Numbered from the stretch's first letter, positions 8,431 through 18,656 are shown. The stretch: 64,000 nucleotides of DNA from Candidatus Binatia bacterium (GCA_963666515.2 OY762897.2:2400001-2464000), one strand, 5' to 3'. Program-made: numbers and translations. Notes: a model not told the origin generated them from the letters alone.

Positions 8431-11178
8431 CTACAACGCTTCCACCCGCGCCGCGCAGAACTTGTACTCGGGTATCTTGCCGAAGGGGTCCAGCGCCGGG
8501 TTGGTCAGCAGGTTCACCGCCGCTTCGGCGAAACAGAACGGGATGAAGACGCATCCGTCGGGGACGGCGCTGTCGGCGCGGGACTTGATCTCGATGACGC
8601 CGCGGCGTGTGGAGACGCGCACCATCTCGCCGGCGGACACGCCCAGCCGTCTCAACTCCGCGGGTGAGAGATTCGCCACCGCTTCGGGCTCCAGTTCGTC
8701 CAGCACGCTGGCGCGCCGGGTGATGGCGCCGGTGTGCCAGTGCTCCAGTTGCCGGCCGGTGCTGAGGATCATGGGAAATGACTCGTCGGGCTGCTCGTCG
8801 GGCGGGATGATGTCCACGGGCACGAGCTTCCCGCGTCCGCTGTCGGTGGGGAAGCCGTCGCCGAACACGACGTCGGTCCCCGGCTGGTCCGGCGCCGGGC
8901 ACGGGTAGGTCACGGAGCTTTCGCGCTCCACCCGCTCCCAGGTGATGTGGTCCAGGGACGGCATGACCTGTTTCATCTCCGCGAACACGTCGGCCGGGCC
9001 GGTGTAGCTCCAGTCGAGGCCCATGCGCTGCGCGATCTCCTGGATGATCCACCAGTCCTGGCGCACGCCGGGCGGGGGCGTGAGCGCGGCCCTTCCCATC
9101 TGCACTTGGCGGTTGCTGTTGGTGACGGTGCCGTCCTTCTCCGGCCATGCCGAGGCCGGCAGCACCACGTCCGCGTGAAAGGCCGTCTCGGTGAGGAATA
9201 TCTCCTGCACCACCAGGTGCTCCAGCCGGGCCAGGGCCTCGCGCGCGTGCTGCACGTCGGGGTCCGACATGGCTGGGTTCTCCCCCATGATGTAAATACC
9301 CTTGATCCTCCCCGCGTGCACGCCGTCCACGATCTCCATCACCGTGAGGCCCCGTTGCGGGTCCAGGGCCGTGTTCCAGACCTCCTCGAAGCGCCGGCGC
9401 GTATCCGCCTGTTCCACCGACCGGTAGTCGGGGTAGAACATCGGGATCAGGCCCGCGTCCGAAGCGCCCTGCACGTTGTTCTGGCCGCGCAACGGGTGGA
9501 GCCCGGTGCCCGGCCGCCCGACCTGTCCGGTGACCAGGGCCAGGGCGATGAGGCAGCGGGCGTTGTCGGTGCCGTGGATGTGCTGCGAGATGCCCATGCC
9601 CCAGAAGATGATGGCGGCGTTGGCCTGGGCGTAGAGACACGCCACCGAGCGAAGCGTCTCGGCGTCGATACCGCAGATTTCCGCCATGGCCTCCGGCGGG
9701 AAGTCCGCCACGTGCCGCTTCAACTCCTCGAAGCCTTCGGTGTGGGCGGCCACGTAGTCGCGGTCGTAGAGCCCTTCCTCGATGATGACGTTGAGCAGGC
9801 TGTTCAACAGCGCCACGTCGGCGCCGGGCCTGAACTGGAGCATCCGGGTGGCGTGGCGCCGCAGGGCCTGGCCCCGAGGGTCCATGACGATCAGCTCGGC
9901 CCCCCGCCTGGCCGCCTGCTTGAAATAGGTGGCCGCCACCGGGTGGTTCTCGGTGGGGTTGGCGCCGATGACGACGATGACGTCCGAGTCCTCGCAGGCG
10001 GTGAAGGGCGCGGTCACCGCGGCCGAGCCGATGCCCTCCATGAGCGCCGCCACCGAGGACGCATGGCACAGCCGGGTGCAGTGGTCCACGTTGTTGGTGC
10101 CAAAGCCCGTGCGCACGAGCTTCTGCACCAAGTAGGCCTCCTCGTTGGAGCCCTTGGCCGAGCCGTAGGCCGCCAGGGCGTCGCCTCCGTCGCGCTCCCG
10201 GATCTTCCGGAGCCCCGCCGCCGCCACGTCCAGCGCCTCCTCCCAGGTGGCTTCGCGGAAGTGAGTGTACGGGTTGGCCGGATCGATATCCGCCGATGCG
10301 TCCTTGGGCGCGTCCTCGCGGCGGATCAGCGGCACGGTGAGCCGGTGCGGGTGGCTGACGTAGTCGAAGCCGAACCGGCCCTTGACGCACAGGCGGCCGC
10401 GGTTGGACGGGCCCGTGCGGCCCTGGACCGCGGCGATGGCGTTGTCTTTGACGAGATAGTCGATCTGGCAGCCCACGCCGCAGTAGGGGCAGACGCTGGG
10501 CACCTCGGTGAGGTCCTCGCGCTTGTCCACGCCGTCCGCATCCACCAGCGACGCGGGCATCAGCGCGCCGGTGGGACACGCCTGCACGCACTCGCCGCAG
10601 GCCACGCACGTGCTGTCGCCCATGGGATCGTCGAAGTCGAAGACCACCTTGGCGCCGGCCCCCCGATAGGCCATGCCGATGACGTCGTTCACCTGCACCT
10701 CGCGGCAGGCTCGCACGCACAGGGTGCAATGGATGCAGGCGTCGAGGGCCACCCGCATGGCTGGATGGCTGGCGTCGGGGACCGGCGCCTCGCGCGCGGG
10801 AAAGCGGCTGCCGGTGACCTGCGTTCGCTCGGCCCACTGCCACAGGCGCGAGCCGGAGTCGTGGGCCGTTTCCCTAGCGGGCTGGTCCGCCATCAGCAGC
10901 TCCAGCACCATCCGGCGGGCGCTCCGGGCCCGCTCGCTGCCGGTGCTCACCTTCATGCCGCCGGCGGGACGCCGGATGCACGAAGCGGCCAGCACGCGCT
11001 CCCCTTCCACCTCCACCATGCACGCGCGGCAGTTGCCGTCGGGCCGGTAGCCGGGCTGGGGATCGTAGCACAGGTGCGGGATCGTCGTGCCGTTCCGCTC
11101 GGCCACCTGCCAGATGGTCTCGCCGGGCGCCGCCTCCACCTCGCGTCCGTCGAGCATGAAACGCACGGGTTCACTCAC
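8431..11178 (-). CDS. fdhF: NAD-linked formate dehydrogenase alpha subunit (Mo/W-bis-PGD, Cys ligand)
   Basis: GTG at 11178 after GGAG. IPHLC...GNCRACMVE (2Fe-2S), CIHCTLC/CVACGEC, CPYCGVGC, NNVDHCTRLCH, PLRGQNNVQG, KIPEYK. Confidence 0.93.
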   Translation of the reverse strand: MSEPVRFMLDGREVEAAPGETIWQVAERNGTTIPHLCYDPQPGYRPDGNCRACMVEVEGERVLAASCIRRPAGGMKVSTGSERARSARRMVLELLMADQPARETAHDSGSRLWQWAERTQVTGSRFPAREAPVPDASHPAMRVALDACIHCTLCVRACREVQVNDVIGMAYRGAGAKVVFDFDDPMGDSTCVACGECVQACPTGALMPASLVDADGVDKREDLTEVPSVCPYCGVGCQIDYLVKDNAIAAVQGRTGPSNRGRLCVKGRFGFDYVSHPHRLTVPLIRREDAPKDASADIDPANPYTHFREATWEEALDVAAAGLRKIRERDGGDALAAYGSAKGSNEEAYLVQKLVRTGFGTNNVDHCTRLCHASSVAALMEGIGSAAVTAPFTACEDSDVIVVIGANPTENHPVAATYFKQAARRGAELIVMDPRGQALRRHATRMLQFRPGADVALLNSLLNVIIEEGLYDRDYVAAHTEGFEELKRHVADFPPEAMAEICGIDAETLRSVACLYAQANAAIIFWGMGISQHIHGTDNARCLIALALVTGQVGRPGTGLHPLRGQNNVQGASDAGLIPMFYPDYRSVEQADTRRRFEEVWNTALDPQRGLTVMEIVDGVHAGRIKGIYIMGENPAMSDPDVQHAREALARLEHLVVQEIFLTETAFHADVVLPASAWPEKDGTVTNSNRQVQMGRAALTPPPGVRQDWWIIQEIAQRMGLDWSYTGPADVFAEMKQVMPSLDHITWERVERESSVTYPCPAPDQPGTDVVFGDGFPTDSGRGKLVPVDIIPPDEQPDESFPMILSTGRQLEHWHTGAITRRASVLDELEPEAVANLSPAELRRLGVSAGEMVRVSTRRGVIEIKSRADSAVPDGCVFIPFCFAEAAVNLLTNPALDPFGKIPEYKFCAARVEAL

Positions 11179-12878
11179 GTCAACTCCTCCCGGAAGTAGC
11201 GGAACGCACAGCGCACCGAGTTGGGGGCCGCTTGGCCGAGGCCGCAGATGGAGGCGTCCGTCATGGCCTCGCCCAGCGACTCCAGCAGCGGCTCGTCCCA
11301 GGAGGGCCGCTCCAGCAGCGTCACCGCCTTCTCCGTCCCCACCCGGCACGGCGTGCACTGCCCGCAGCTCTCGTGCTTGAAGAAGCGCATCAGGTTGCGC
11401 ACCACGGCCTTCACGTCGTCCTTGTCGCTCAACACCACCACCCCGTGGGAGCCGACGAAACAGCCGTGCTGCTCCAGGGATCCGAACTGGAGCGGCAGGT
11501 CGGCCATGGAAGCCGGCAGAATCCCGCCCGAGGCGCCGCCGGGAAGGTAGCCCTTGAGGCGGTGACCGGGCGCCATGCCGCCGCAATGCTCGTCGATCAG
11601 CTCACGGACCGTGATGCCGGTGGGCGCGATCTTGACCCCCGGACGGGCTACCCGTCCCGATACCGAGTAGGCGTGAAGGCCGGCGCCGCCGTTGCGGCCC
11701 TGGGCGGTGAACCATTCCGGCCCCTTCTCCAGAATGTCCCGGACCCAGTAGAGCGTCTCGACGTTCTGCACCAGGGTGGGACGGCCGAACAGGCCGGTCT
11801 CCGCCACGTAGGGCGGCCGGTGCCGCGGCAGCCCGCGCTTGCCCTCGATGCTTTCGATCATGGCCGACTCTTCGCCGCAGATGTAGGCTCCGGCGCCGCG
11901 GCGCAGGTGCACATCCACGTGGGCGTCCAGACCGGCTTCCCGAAGCCTGGGCAACTCCCGCGACAGGATCTCCCGCGCCTCGGCGTACTCGTCCCGCAGG
12001 TAGATGTAGGCGGCCTCCGCTTCCACCGCCCAAGCCGCCACCAACACCCCTTCCAGGAACCGGTGCGGATCGCTCTCCATGAAGTAGCGGTCCTTGAAGG
12101 TGCCGGGCTCGCCCTCGTCCGCGTTGACGGTCATGAGCCGCGGGCCGGGATAGCCGCGCACGATCTGCCACTTGCGGCCGGTGGGGAAGCCCGCGCCGCC
12201 GAGGCCCCGAAGGCCTGAAGCCGTCACCTGTTCCACGATCTCCTCGCAGCTTCGGCCCCCCGCCAGACACTCCCTCAGGAGGGCGTAGCCGCCCTCCGCG
12301 GCGTACGCACCGTAGTCCCGGTAGGCCGGAATCGCGGCCTCGACCTCCCGGCGCCGGACCGGCCCCGCCACCGACTCCAGGGTGGCCCGCTCCACGTAGA
12401 GACGCCCCACCCTGGCCACCGGAGCGCGGTCGCAACCGCCCATGCACGGACCCGGCAACACCCGAACCCCATGCCCCAAAGCATCCGTCAGGCTGTCCAG
12501 CAGAGCCCGCGAACCCATCATCTCGCACACCAGTCCGTCACACACACGCACGGTCAGATCCGCGGGCGGAACCGTGCCGTCCCGGATCACGTCGAAGTGG
12601 GCGTAGAACGTCGCCACCTCGTAGACTTCCGCCAGGGCCAAGCGCATCTCGTCCGCCAGCGCCGCCAAGTGCGCTACGGACAGCACTTGGTAACGGTCCT
12701 GAATGAGGTGCAGGTGCTCGATCAGGAGATCCCGGCGCCGCGGGCGGTCGCCGAGCAACGCCCGCACCTGCTCCAGCGCCTCCAGGTCTACCTGCCTGCC
12801 CCGTGGACGGTTCCGGCCGAGGCCGCGCCCGGAACCGGGATGCTGCCGCCGCCGTGGCGGCTCGTGCGTTTCGGCCAT
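11175..12878 (-). CDS. Formate dehydrogenase beta subunit (NuoE-NuoF fusion; FMN/NADH binding)
   Basis: EVATFYAHF, CDGLVC...CMGGC, SGLRGLGGAGFPTGRKW, NADEGEPGTFKDR, GAGAYICGEE, HESCGQCTPCRVG, SICGLG. Confidence 0.92.
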   Translation of the reverse strand: MAETHEPPRRRQHPGSGRGLGRNRPRGRQVDLEALEQVRALLGDRPRRRDLLIEHLHLIQDRYQVLSVAHLAALADEMRLALAEVYEVATFYAHFDVIRDGTVPPADLTVRVCDGLVCEMMGSRALLDSLTDALGHGVRVLPGPCMGGCDRAPVARVGRLYVERATLESVAGPVRRREVEAAIPAYRDYGAYAAEGGYALLRECLAGGRSCEEIVEQVTASGLRGLGGAGFPTGRKWQIVRGYPGPRLMTVNADEGEPGTFKDRYFMESDPHRFLEGVLVAAWAVEAEAAYIYLRDEYAEAREILSRELPRLREAGLDAHVDVHLRRGAGAYICGEESAMIESIEGKRGLPRHRPPYVAETGLFGRPTLVQNVETLYWVRDILEKGPEWFTAQGRNGGAGLHAYSVSGRVARPGVKIAPTGITVRELIDEHCGGMAPGHRLKGYLPGGASGGILPASMADLPLQFGSLEQHGCFVGSHGVVVLSDKDDVKAVVRNLMRFFKHESCGQCTPCRVGTEKAVTLLERPSWDEPLLESLGEAMTDASICGLGQAAPNSVRCAFRYFREELT

Positions 12879-12929
12879 CTTCTCAGGCTTCCCGGTTCGA
12901 CATCCGTGAACGGCGCGATGTGCGCTTGC

Positions 12930-13109
12930 TCACCGACTCTCCTTCTCGAGGCGCTCGATCAGCGCCGCCAACTCGTCGAGACGCTGCCGTGCATCCGCCG
13001 CCGACCGGGCCACCCTATCCGCCGCGGCCCCGTCATGCACCGCGTCCTCCAGGGTCGTCACGGCGATACCGAATACCTTCAGCAGACGGCGCACTTCATC
13101 GCTTGGCAT
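12930..13109 (-). CDS. Small hypothetical helical protein (59 aa)
   Basis: MPSDEVRRLLKVFGIAVT...; co-oriented between the aor and FDH genes. Confidence 0.55.
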   Translation of the reverse strand: MPSDEVRRLLKVFGIAVTTLEDAVHDGAAADRVARSAADARQRLDELAALIERLEKESR

Positions 13110-13151
13110 CAAGAGCCCTTTCATCCGGCTGTGTTTGTCCCTCCCCACCCC

Positions 13152-13179
13152 CTGGATTCCTGCTTTCGCGGGAATGACG
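13152..13179. repeat. REP-like palindrome, family A
   Basis: CTGGATTCCTGCTTTCGCGGGAATGACG; related copies at 20.8, 48.4, 50.3 and 51.4 kb. Confidence 0.75.
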
Positions 13180-13192
13180 GTTGGGGCGTGGG

Positions 13193-15001
13193 TCATGTAA
13201 CACACGCGCTCAGTCCCAACGCCTCCAGCTTGGCCCGAGACACACGGCCATCCTCGTCCCACTCGCGGGCGCTGTAGTAATCCCGGATCATCTCTCGCAG
13301 CTCGTCGCGGGTGAGCCGCGTCCCCTGGGCCACGCCCGTGGCCAGGGATTCGGTGAGCACCCGAAGCGGCAGGCCGTCGTCCTCGGGGCGCCAGCCCTCG
13401 CGCTGGTTGAAGCAGCGCTTGAGCGTATGTATCCGCTCCGCGGCGCGCCGCAGCTCGTCCGCGGTGCAGTCCCAGCCCGTGACCTTGGCCAACAGGTCCG
13501 CGGCTTCGCCGTAGAAGTCGTGGAAGCAGCGCCGCAGGAACTTGCACACGATGAGGGAATCCTGCGCCGCGGCGAAGTCTTCGGAGGCGGCCACCAGCGC
13601 GCCCCGGCCCGGCCCGGACGCGAGCCGGTCCACCTCGCCGGAGAAATCGGCTTCGTAGGCTCCGGAACGGTTATGGCAGGCGCCCCGTGGACTCACCGCC
13701 AGACCCAGGGCCATGGTCTTGAGGCTCCGGGGCTCGTATCCGGGAAGCTCCAGCCCCTTGACCTGCATGGCCCAGTCCAGGGAGTCGTGGCCCACCGCCA
13801 GCGCCGCGCGCCGGGAGCCCTCGGCCAGCAGGTCGCCGACCCCCCGGCGCTCCGCGATGGCGGGGATGGCGGCCAGCACGGCCTGCGCGGAGCCGAAGCG
13901 CAGATCGCCGGCCTCCGGCAGCAACCCCCGCTCCACGCACTCCATGGCCCAGGCCAGGGTGCCGCCGGCGCTGATGCTGTCGATCCCGTATTCGTCGCAG
14001 AGCCGGGCGGCCTCCAGCACCGCGTCGGGATCCTCGATGCCGCACAGGGGCCCAAGGGCGAACAGCGTCTCGTACTCCATGCGCTGCTCGGCGCCGGATG
14101 CCGACTTGAACAGCCGCTCGCAACGGATGGTGCAGGAAGCGCACCCGTGGCGGCGGCTGAAGCTCGTCTCGGTGAGGCTCTCGCCGCTGAGGGCGTCGGC
14201 CGCGTCGAAGGTGGGCTGCTGAAAGTTGCGCGTGGGCAGGGCGCCGAGCCGGTCGAACACCGCCAGGTTCGCCACCGTGCCGACCTCCCGGTACTTGGCG
14301 GTGTGCTCCCCCAGGCTCCGTTGCCGCAGTGCCGCGGCCGCGGCCGCCACTCCCTCCGGGTCCGCCACCGACACCCGGGCGTTGCCGGACAACGCGACGG
14401 CCTTGAGGTTCTTGGAGCCCATGACCGCGCCGACGCCGCCGCGGCCCGCGTGCCGGCCCTCGTTGCTGATGGTTGCGAAGCGCACCCGGTTCTCTCCGGC
14501 CACGCCGATGGAGGCCACCCTCACGGCATCGTTCCGTAGCTCCGCGCGGATGGCGGTCTCCGTGTCCGCGGCGCTCCGCCCCCAGAGATGGCGCGCGTCC
14601 CGCAGTTCCACCCTGTCGTTGCCGATGAACAGCCAGCACGGGTTCGGAGCCCGTCCCGTCACCACCACCGCGTCCACGCCCACGGCCTTCAATTCCAGCG
14701 CGAAGAAGCTGGACGACAGCGAGTCGGCGATGAAACCGGTCAGAGGCGACTTCGTGACTACCGCGTACTTGGCGGTGGTGGTGAGCCCGGTCCCGGCCAG
14801 CGGCGCGCTGGCGAGGATCAGGGGGTTCTCCGGCGCCAGCGGCTCCACGGCCGGAGGGGCGAAGTCGTAGAGCAGGCTCGTGCCGAGGCCGATTCCGCCG
14901 AGAAAGGCCCGAAGCCGGCCCTCTCCGGTCTCGAGCCGGCAGTGGCGGCCCGTGCCCAGGTCCACGTGCAGCAGCCTGTCGTGAAACCCGTGCACGGTCA
15001 T
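13193..15001 (-). CDS. aor: Aldehyde:ferredoxin oxidoreductase (tungsten AOR family)
   Basis: ATG at 15001. FLGGIGLG, KSPLTG, AGRGGVGAVMGSKNLKAV, GCASCTIRC, EYET, CDEYGIDSIS, VKGLELPGYEPR, RGACH. Confidence 0.92.
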   Translation of the reverse strand: MTVHGFHDRLLHVDLGTGRHCRLETGEGRLRAFLGGIGLGTSLLYDFAPPAVEPLAPENPLILASAPLAGTGLTTTAKYAVVTKSPLTGFIADSLSSSFFALELKAVGVDAVVVTGRAPNPCWLFIGNDRVELRDARHLWGRSAADTETAIRAELRNDAVRVASIGVAGENRVRFATISNEGRHAGRGGVGAVMGSKNLKAVALSGNARVSVADPEGVAAAAAALRQRSLGEHTAKYREVGTVANLAVFDRLGALPTRNFQQPTFDAADALSGESLTETSFSRRHGCASCTIRCERLFKSASGAEQRMEYETLFALGPLCGIEDPDAVLEAARLCDEYGIDSISAGGTLAWAMECVERGLLPEAGDLRFGSAQAVLAAIPAIAERRGVGDLLAEGSRRAALAVGHDSLDWAMQVKGLELPGYEPRSLKTMALGLAVSPRGACHNRSGAYEADFSGEVDRLASGPGRGALVAASEDFAAAQDSLIVCKFLRRCFHDFYGEAADLLAKVTGWDCTADELRRAAERIHTLKRCFNQREGWRPEDDGLPLRVLTESLATGVAQGTRLTRDELREMIRDYYSAREWDEDGRVSRAKLEALGLSACVT

Positions 15002-15891
15002 CCTCCGGCGTCGCTGGACATGATGAGAAGCCGGTCTCCGGGCTCCACCGGCCGGCGGGGGTCCCGCACGAAGTCGCGCCCGTTCAGGTTGCACACGTGG
15101 CCCGCGGTGAGGCCGTCGCCCGCCGTGTTGATGACCGGGCCCACCAGCGCCGGGAGCTTGAGGGCCAGCGCCGACAGCACCCGCGCCAGCGTGGCCGGCT
15201 CCGGCAGCTCCACCGAGACGCGGCTGGTCCGCGCCCGCAGCCGGGCCACGCCGAACAGCTCGACTTCGCAACGCGCGCCCGGCGGCGTCTCCTCCCAGCG
15301 GGCCAGCGCCGCGGCGTAGTCCTCCGGCGCGTTCATGTTGAAGAAGCTCGATCCGTCCGGATCGAAGGCGCGGATCTCGTCCTCCTCCACCTTCAGGGTG
15401 CGGACCTTGTCGTAGAGGAAGACCGGACGCAGCTCGCCGCGCTGGAGCTGCCCCTCCAGCAACGGCAGCACCGAGCGGCGGTACACCGCGTGGAGCGGCT
15501 GGAAGCGGCCTTCCCAGTAGGGCGCCACCACGTCATGTTGCGGAAGCCGGGAGGCCAGATGGGAGACCAGGGGAAGGCTGAGGAACGGTACGTCGCAGGA
15601 GGTGACGAACGCCGCGGCGCTGTCACATGTCCCGAGTCCGTAGCAGATTCCGCCCACCGGACCCTGATGGGCGACCTCGTCGCGCACCAGCGTGACGGGC
15701 AGCTCCGGCAACTCCTGCCCGGGTGCGGCCACCACCACGATGTCCGGGAACAGGAGCCCGAGCCTCCGCACCACCTGCACGATCAGGGGCTCTCCGCCGA
15801 AGGGAAGCATCGCCTTGGGCCTGCCCATGCGGCTGCTTTTGCCGCCCGCCAGAACAACGGCCGAGCCGACCTTGTCCGATTCACCGGTCAT
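14998..15891 (-). CDS. mobA: MobA (Moco guanylyltransferase) fused to a C-terminal MoaD/ThiS ubiquitin-like domain
   Basis: VVLAGGKSSRMGRPKA, QGPVGGI, SCDVPF, QPLHAVY, FFNMNAPED; then VELFGVARL...GDRLLIMSSDAGG with C-terminal GG. Confidence 0.88.
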   Translation of the reverse strand: MTGESDKVGSAVVLAGGKSSRMGRPKAMLPFGGEPLIVQVVRRLGLLFPDIVVVAAPGQELPELPVTLVRDEVAHQGPVGGICYGLGTCDSAAAFVTSCDVPFLSLPLVSHLASRLPQHDVVAPYWEGRFQPLHAVYRRSVLPLLEGQLQRGELRPVFLYDKVRTLKVEEDEIRAFDPDGSSFFNMNAPEDYAAALARWEETPPGARCEVELFGVARLRARTSRVSVELPEPATLARVLSALALKLPALVGPVINTAGDGLTAGHVCNLNGRDFVRDPRRPVEPGDRLLIMSSDAGG

Positions 15892-16037
15892 GCGTCATCT
15901 CGCCCGAAAGCCCGGCGAGGCCCCCTGCCCCGCGGGCCTTCGCTTGCATGATTCCACAGCCCTTGCACAAGCACAAGACGAAGCGTTTGACGTTTCGACG
16001 ACACGAGAGCCTGCAGGGAAACCGGAAGCCATGAAGC

Positions 16038-16436
16038 TCAGCCCGCCCGCACCTGGTTGAGGCCGGTTCCGGCAAGGTAGCCGAGCCAGACGGCGATCAG
16101 ACAGACCGCGGCCGAGAGGACGACGTTGCCGAGCGCGTACAGCAACTGACCATCGCGCAGAAGTTGGAGCGTCTGCAGGCTGAACGCCGAAAAGGTGGTG
16201 TAGCCGCCACAGAAACCGACCATGATGAACGCGCGGGCCTCGGGTCCGGGCGCCCATGGATGACCGAGGGATGCGCTCAACGGCGCAACCACGCCGATGA
16301 TGAACGAGCCGGCCACGTTGACGAGAAACGTGCCCCAGGGGAATGCGCCGCCGAACTGCTCCGAAACCAGGCCGGTGCACCAGTAACGTCCAACGCCGCC
16401 GATGGCGCTGCCGAGCGCAATCCACAGATAGGTCAT
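16038..16436 (-). CDS. crcB: Fluoride efflux channel Fluc/CrcB
   Basis: GSAIGGVGRY, FPWGTFLVNVAGSF, GFCGGYTTFSAFS. Confidence 0.95.
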   Translation of the reverse strand: MTYLWIALGSAIGGVGRYWCTGLVSEQFGGAFPWGTFLVNVAGSFIIGVVAPLSASLGHPWAPGPEARAFIMVGFCGGYTTFSAFSLQTLQLLRDGQLLYALGNVVLSAAVCLIAVWLGYLAGTGLNQVRAG

Positions 16437-16492
16437 TTCCGCATGGGTGCGATCGTTGGCGCGTTGGTGGAAGGCCGGAACGCGGCCGGGAG

Positions 16493-16774
16493 TCAGTGTC
16501 CGATCGCCCAGGGGCGGCGCGCGTGCCGGTGGCCGCCACCGTGGCCGTGCCCCGGCGGCTTCCCGGACACGACCTTGGGTTCATGCGCGCTTTTCTCGTT
16601 CCGCTGATGCGCAACCCGGTTGTTCGGGTCCATGTCGGCGATGAACGGCGCCGTGAGAATGCGCTGAGCGTCCTTCCCGCAGGTCGGGCAGGACGCCGGC
16701 TCCGACGATCGGCTCATGCTGCGAAATTCGGTGAACGGGCCGTCGCACACACACTCATAGTCGTATAACGGCAT
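16493..16774 (-). CDS. fmdB: FmdB-family zinc-ribbon regulatory protein
   Basis: MPLYDYEC.C.GPF...CPTCG, AHQRNEKSAHEP, RRPWAIGH; GGAGG SD. Confidence 0.88.
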   Translation of the reverse strand: MPLYDYECVCDGPFTEFRSMSRSSEPASCPTCGKDAQRILTAPFIADMDPNNRVAHQRNEKSAHEPKVVSGKPPGHGHGGGHRHARRPWAIGH

Positions 16775-16811
16775 GGCGCTGTCCTCCCCCGCCGCCACTG
16801 ACCACGCGGCG

Positions 16812-16849
16812 GGATGCCGTTCGCCCCGAAAGGGGGACGAACGGCATCC
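16812..16849. other. Strong intergenic hairpin between the amiS-like gene and fmdB
   Basis: GGATGCCGTTCG-CCCCGAAAGGGGGA-CGAACGGCATCC; 12-bp perfect outer stem, no U-tract. Confidence 0.6.
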
Positions 16850-16854
16850 GTCGT

Positions 16855-17370
16855 TTATGCCAGAATCCCTTCCAGCAACAGATATCCCGGCAGCCAGCCG
16901 GTCAGGATGCCCTGTATCGTGGTGACGGCGCCGGTCACCTTCGCGATGGGTTTCTGCATCGCGAGCAACAGGAAGAACATGAACCACAACACGGCCCACG
17001 CCGCCCAGCACAGCCCGAACCAATACCCCCACAGCGTCGAGGCATTGATGAGCGTGTCCAGCGCGACCGGAACGACGGTGATGGCAACGAACAGGCTGTA
17101 CCAGCCCAGGCCGCGGCCGTCGACATCGTGAAATCTATTGTAGGCCACCCACAGGTAAGTGAAGGTGAAGAGAAGCGTCAGCGCCGCGGCCTTGATCGAA
17201 GTCGCATCCGCATTCGGCCCGAAGGCCAAAAACGCCGAAACCAGCGCCGTGAGAGCGCCGACGAAGATATTGATGATGGCGATCTCCCGATCACCGATGC
17301 GGCCCATCAGCCAGATGCCGTTCAGGAAAAGAACGGACCCGACGTACAGTAGTGCAAGTCCCAAGAGCAT
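16855..17370 (-). CDS. AmiS/UreI family amide/urea channel
   Basis: MLLGLALLYVGSVLFLNG, LLFTFTYLW, DGRGLGWYSLFVA, WAVLWFMFF. Confidence 0.92.
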   Translation of the reverse strand: MLLGLALLYVGSVLFLNGIWLMGRIGDREIAIINIFVGALTALVSAFLAFGPNADATSIKAAALTLLFTFTYLWVAYNRFHDVDGRGLGWYSLFVAITVVPVALDTLINASTLWGYWFGLCWAAWAVLWFMFFLLLAMQKPIAKVTGAVTTIQGILTGWLPGYLLLEGILA

Positions 17371-17417
17371 TGTTCAGGCCCTCCGAGTGTCACATCGCCC
17401 CTCTCCGCCAGGAACCG

Positions 17418-18656
17418 TCAACTGCAGGACGTAACGTCCACACCGCTGACCTGGACCGTCGGTCCGGAAGCACTCGGCCGGATATCGAAATCGAAGATTT
17501 CCGTCGGCACGGCAAGCGTGCAACAGGCGTTGGGGATATCGACGATTCCGCTGATCCGACCCTCCACCGGAGCCGTGCCCAGGATCATGTAGGCCTGCTC
17601 GCCCGAATAGCCGAACTTCTTGAGGTATTCGATGGCGTTCAGACAGGCCCGCCGGTACGCGACCGTCGCGTCCAGGTACTTCTGGGACCCGTCATGCTCG
17701 TCAACGCAGACTCCTTCGAAGATCAGGTAGTCGGAGTAGTGCGGCTCCACCGGGCTCGGCTTGAAGACCGGGTTGGTGATACCGTACTTCTCGATACCGC
17801 CCTTGATGACATCGACGCCGATGTCGATCCAGCCGGCCATTTCGATGGCGCCGCAGAAGGTGATCTCGCCGTCCCCCTGCGACCAGTGGATGTCACCCAT
17901 CGACAGCCCGCCGCCCGGCATGAAGACCGGGAAGTAGCAGCGCGAGCCGCGCGACAGGTTCTTGATGTCGCAGTTGCCCCCGTGCTCGCGCCCCGGAACC
18001 GTCCGCGCACCCTCCTGCCCCGCGGCCTGGGCGGCGTCGCCGGTCATTTGCCCCATCAGTGCCGTGGTGGTGCCGGCAAGCCCGTCCGGCAACGTGCACA
18101 ACGGCGGCACGCGGTTGGGATCGGTTCTGAACAGAGCCGATTCCCGGTCATTCCAGCGCTTCAACAAGTCGGCCGAAGGCAGCGTGCCGATGAGTCCGGG
18201 ATGAATGAGCCCGGGGAAGCGCACGCCGGGAATGTGGCGGGTGGTAGTGTAGATGCCGGAAAAGTCCCAGCAGGCCTTGCGTGCCTCGGGATAATGCTTG
18301 TCGAGGAAACCGCCGCCGTTCTCCAGCGCGAAGATGCCGGTGAAGCCCCACTGCGAGTCTTCAAGCCAGCCGATGTCGTTGATGTCGACGACCAGCAGGT
18401 CTCCGGGCTCTGCCCCTTCGACGCCGAACGGGCCGCTCAGGTAGTGCACCTTCGAAAGGTCGACGTCTCGGATGTCGTTGGCCGACTCGTCGTTGTGTAT
18501 CTGGCCCCCGGTCCAATCATAGCATTCGACGCGAAACTCGTCACCGGGCTTGAACTGCTCCACAATCGGGATGTCGGGATGCCACCGATTGTGGGTCTTG
18601 ACCGCCTGATCCTCGGGCCACTTGTCCATTTCCGCCCGAAATACCGTCTTGGCCAT
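17418..18656 (-). CDS. fmdA: Formamidase (acetamidase/formamidase family)
   Basis: ATG at 18656. HNRWHPDIP, ECYDWTGGQI, VHYLSGP, REHGGNCDIKNL, GDIHWSQGDGEITFCGAIEM, DIPNAC. Confidence 0.95.
   Translation of the reverse strand: MAKTVFRAEMDKWPEDQAVKTHNRWHPDIPIVEQFKPGDEFRVECYDWTGGQIHNDESANDIRDVDLSKVHYLSGPFGVEGAEPGDLLVVDINDIGWLEDSQWGFTGIFALENGGGFLDKHYPEARKACWDFSGIYTTTRHIPGVRFPGLIHPGLIGTLPSADLLKRWNDRESALFRTDPNRVPPLCTLPDGLAGTTTALMGQMTGDAAQAAGQEGARTVPGREHGGNCDIKNLSRGSRCYFPVFMPGGGLSMGDIHWSQGDGEITFCGAIEMAGWIDIGVDVIKGGIEKYGITNPVFKPSPVEPHYSDYLIFEGVCVDEHDGSQKYLDATVAYRRACLNAIEYLKKFGYSGEQAYMILGTAPVEGRISGIVDIPNACCTLAVPTEIFDFDIRPSASGPTVQVSGVDVTSCS

Noticed and set aside
8431-11178. Selenocysteine in the FDH alpha subunit
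   Set aside because: The active-site residue is Cys (RLCH) and there is no in-frame TGA
16437-16492. Fluoride riboswitch upstream of crcB
   Set aside because: No GGCGATGG...CTRATG-like consensus in the 56-nt gap
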